A stretch of DNA of 54,007 bases, filler included, from Basidiobolus ranarum (lineage: Eukaryota): NCBI GenBank assembly GCA_040143965.1. It is 3 parts of 3 records of this genome, joined end to end, with 100 filler letters (N's around TTAATTAATTAA, not from the genome) between each part and the next. Parts side by side here need not be neighbours in the genome. Positions count along the whole stretch, not along the records: positions 36,093 to 54,007 come from JASJQH010007164.1; 2 more parts are not named here. One strand, given 5' to 3'. Positions 50,468 through 54,007 of this stretch are shown piece after piece (positions within the stretch are counted from its first letter, which is position 1; each line of letters begins with the position of its first letter). Under the pieces are notes generated by a model. It worked only from the letters and a program-made list of their open reading frames with translations, made no database searches and was not told the origin of the DNA. The translations under genes and the position numbers were made by a program.

Positions 50468-51745
50468 TTAAAAGGTAAATAAGAAGGTAAATTCCGGACT
50501 TAGCTCTGCCTTGTGGTACTTTTGGAACAAAGGAACATAGTGATGGTTCATGTGTGTGTAATGGGCACCAGGTACATCGATGTAATTGTTAGTCTTTCGA
50601 GTGAACCCATCCCATCCTTTAAGCACTCTATTCAACCAATCTTCCTTCTTTCCAGCTAGAGGTATGGCGTGAAATACTGATACTTGCACTACATTACCGC
50701 TAAGTTCATAATTACGACCACATTTGAGCAAAGACTCGGCGATATCAACCCATTTTTCTAATTGAATCTGATCAATCTCCAACTCCTTGATTCTATCAGG
50801 GGAGGCTTTTGACCAGACATAATTGATTGCGCGAGTCAAGGTGTGAAGATTAGGGGAAATCTTCTTGGCCTCTTTGGTGATAAGGTCTAAGAAGTAGGAT
50901 AAATTCAAGAATCCTTCAGTCCAATTTAGTTCAAGCATTCTTGGCTTGATGTGGCCCGACAGAAGCTACTCGTTGGTTCTGAGCTTCCAAATGTTTAATA
51001 ATCTCATATGCTACCACCCCACCGTAAGAATATCCAGCTACAGTGTCGGGACCTTCCAGTTGAGTTTTACTAATGGCTGCAGTATAGATATCGGCCATTT
51101 CTTCCATTGATTTCATCAAATCCTCGAGCTCTCAATGCGTAGAATGGATGCCTGGCCAAGTTGACAAAGATAAGAACTTCACAATGTACCAAATTCCTTC
51201 CCAGTATCTTTGAATGGAAACTGCTTGTTATATATACAATCAGTGCAAGTCTCTGTCATTCCAAATCCTGGCGCTATGATCCCAGTGAACTTGAACTTTG
51301 CTTCTTTAAATATGAGCAACAGTTGATTCCCTAAATCTACCAAATTGGCCTCTCCTCCAGAGTTAATGCGCTTCAGCTTGGATAAGTTGTAGAGTGGTGC
51401 TTGTGAAGAAGTCGCCTGAAGCTTGGTTCTCAGGTCTTTCTCGATGTTGGCTAATAAAAAGTTGTGAGCAGAAGTAGAGCCTACTTCGAATACTTCAGTA
51501 ATGTCTAAAAGTGTCAATGGCACCAGGGTGATTACTGACGCAGCTACTTGAACTTGATTTGCTCATGCTACAATGGGTGTGACATGATACTCAATTAGCC
51601 CAGCTACATGGTCGCATCCTACCCAATTAAATATGGTGTCTGTGGATTCTTGTACTTGGCTGCAATAAGCACATGTGCATTAGTATGTTCGACAGCTTTT
51701 GAATTTCCTGTAGAGCCAGAGGTGAGTAACAGAATATCTACTTCG
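50468..51745 (-). pseudogene. Decayed A-T-TE NRPS-like enzyme (RalA/atromentin-synthetase architecture)
   Basis: LLTSGSTGNSKAV, NWVGCDHVA, INSGGEAN, PGFGMTETC, then EVLIFVNLA..FYALRARGF, GYSYGG, VPGAHYT across several frames; stop at 51563-51565; no T domain visible. Confidence 0.85.
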
Positions 51746-52710
51746 TTTGTGGTGTTGTGACTGCTGAAACTCAGTGATTCGAGTTAAATATCAGAGTGCA
51801 TTATCAGGATTTATCTAGAATTTGAATATTAGGATGAAGATTCTCGAGTGGATTTTGCTAGAACTCAAGAATCTCAATTTATTATGGTCGTCATTTCCTC
51901 ATTTATCCCTCTGATACTTGTCAGTTATGCTCATGGGCAAGATTAAGTGGAGCCTGTGGTATTTCCAAACCAGTTTTTAGAGCTATTCAATTCCTTCTTC
52001 AAGGGTAAACGCAGCCATATTGACATTATCAGAGAGAGAGAACACAGTTGAAGAATGATTGGATGTAATTACCAAGGGGCTGTTACGGGATAAATAAACT
52101 ATTTCTCTTCTCTTGTATCGCTTCTCTTAGCATCAACAATAAAGGATCATACAATGATAATAAATGGCAGGAGAAATATGATACAAATTCAGAAGATTGT
52201 TGAGTATGTGGATAATTCCGCAAACATGTGGCTAATAAATATCCAGCCAATACTTTTAGTATTCAAAAAGAAATGATTTTGATAACTTCCTCACCTGGTG
52301 TACAATTACTCAGCCAAACCTCACCCAGTCCTGAAGTACAATCACTCCGTTAAACCATACCATACGCAATGTAATCAGAATATCCGGCTTTTTGCCAAAA
52401 TATAGTACATATTTTCCCTCGTCGTTCAACTAGTTAGTAAGATAGAGTTCAATTTACGTAAGTGTTCACTTGACCCTAGCCCTACATTATGCTTTGTCAA
52501 GTCTAGCTAAATATCTCCATTGTCAACCGATTTGTTTAACGACAAATATCACTTGAGATGTAGGTCAAGCAGAATTGTTACTTTTCTGAATTTATTCCAT
52601 AGCAGTTAACTACAAAGTAGATGGTAGGTGTGCTACTATATTGAGTGCCTGATCAAAGAAACATAATGGCCGTCTCTAGGCACTATATTGAACACGGGAA
52701 CAGGGAAGGC

Positions 52711-53070
52711 TTAAGCACTATATTGAACGCTTGAAGCACCTTCTTTGAAGCCATCTCGTTGCAAGTCTGCTGGCCCTTTATCAGATCCTGGCCAAGTCTT
52801 TGAGTTGCCAGTGCAATCGGAGTTCTCAAAGAAAGTAATTTTGTAGTACGATGGCAAGGACCAACTTGAGGAAATCACAGGCTGGTTCAGCAGATCATAT
52901 ATATTATAGCATGCGCCCTGTGCTGCAATCTCCAATTTTTGATTATAGCCAGAGTAATCACGCTTAGAAAAGACAGTCAAGTAGTCACCAGGTGCCTCCA
53001 CTTTCTTTCCGCTACAAGTATGTACGAGGAGCATGCATACCACAGCAATGTAGAATTGAATAGCTGGCAT
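52711..53070 (-). CDS. Small secreted protein, beta/gamma-crystallin-like
   Basis: Signal peptide, two motifs VFSKRDYSG and FFENSDCTG, terminal ASSV, one Cys pair. Confidence 0.7.
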   Translation of the reverse strand: MPAIQFYIAVVCMLLVHTCSGKKVEAPGDYLTVFSKRDYSGYNQKLEIAAQGACYNIYDLLNQPVISSSWSLPSYYKITFFENSDCTGNSKTWPGSDKGPADLQRDGFKEGASSVQYSA

Positions 53071-53375
53071 TTGTAGTAGGAATTATTGTAGAAAATTTGT
53101 CTGAGTAGAAAGCTTCTCATTTTGCACTTTATAAGCAATTATTCTTATTTACTTGAGATATTTACATTAGTATAAATATATATACTATTCTCACTCGAAA
53201 TGAGTATCCAATATTGATATTTTACTTACTGCTATAGCGATTTGCACAACTGAATATGCAATTGATGCTCCCTGAGCGAAGTTTGAATACAAGTTCAGGA
53301 AGTTAAACAGTCCTTAGTTCAATAGGTACTTCTCTGAATATGGTCATTGGGCTATAGCTATTTGTTAATAAGCTT

Positions 53376-53423
53376 ATTTAATAACTTAATTTAATAACCA
53401 TTTAATAACTTTATTTAATAACC
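53376..53423. repeat. AT-rich minisatellite
   Basis: ATTTAATAAC four times with short spacers. Confidence 0.75.
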
Positions 53424-54007
53424 ACTTATCCAATTTTGCTTTTAGCAACAAGATCATTGTGCTTGTCCACCTTCTTACCTAGGAGTGAGAGTTTTTTCCG
53501 TGGAACAGCCTTCAATGTAGATAGGAAATCATCACTACACTCCTTACCGCTTTTGTAGATATCTCACCTTCACTATATTCCTTAAGCATTCGATTTCATA
53601 CGATTTTTGCTCTTTTCAGGCGAGCCCTCTTTGCTAAAATATTGTCCCCTCCCAGGTGCACTCGCATGTTGGTTCTCAAGTAGTTCTTCGGGTGCAGTCA
53701 TGGACTAACTTGTAAGTGATTCATTTGGGGTTAGCTCTGTTCCAACCGAATCCTCATCCTCTTCACCAGAATACTGTTTGCAGTAGAAGCCAATCGCCAA
53801 CATGAAGCTAATACGGAGAAGACTGGTTGTTGTGCACCAACATACAAAGTTGTTTACTTACGCCATATCTATACAACTTGCATGAATATCTGTTTAGTTT
53901 ATCATTCTTGCTAACTAGTCACCTGACCTTATCCAGTGACTTTATCATTTGACCTATCACCTGACTAACTATCTATTTGCTTATCCCTTCTATCAGATCA
54001 TATGACC

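Noticed and set aside
53460-54007. Decayed coding or element sequence at the window end
   Set aside because: Multiple stops and no identifiable family.

Overview
Eukaryotic, AT-rich fungal DNA with short GT-AG introns; gene content suggests an early-diverging fungus, possibly Basidiobolus-like (inference). Two 100-nt N gaps carry an artificial TTAATTAATTAA linker (17950-18049, 35993-36092), so adjacency across them is unproven. The left ~36 kb is mostly housekeeping and regulatory: PP1 inhibitor-2-like, TIS11/Cth CCCH protein, PZP (PHD-knuckle-PHD) chromatin reader, Whi5/Nrm1-like repressor, Ras2-type GTPase needing a 2-nt microexon, RPS2, a V-ATPase proteolipid 3' fragment, CBS-domain protein, a divergent pair of paralogous 4-TM proteins, FBXL2-like F-box/LRR, NUS1, a GPCR and an ARID protein. 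The right ~18 kb is accessory-like: three copies of a ~293-329 bp TG..CA element, two of which bracket an intronless MBL-fold hydrolase and a small membrane protein, then an SDR, a signal-peptide-bearing YcaC-type hydrolase, a 3xCBM18 chitin deacetylase, a decayed A-T-TE NRPS-like gene and a secreted crystallin-like protein. All family calls come from motif recognition by eye, not database searches.
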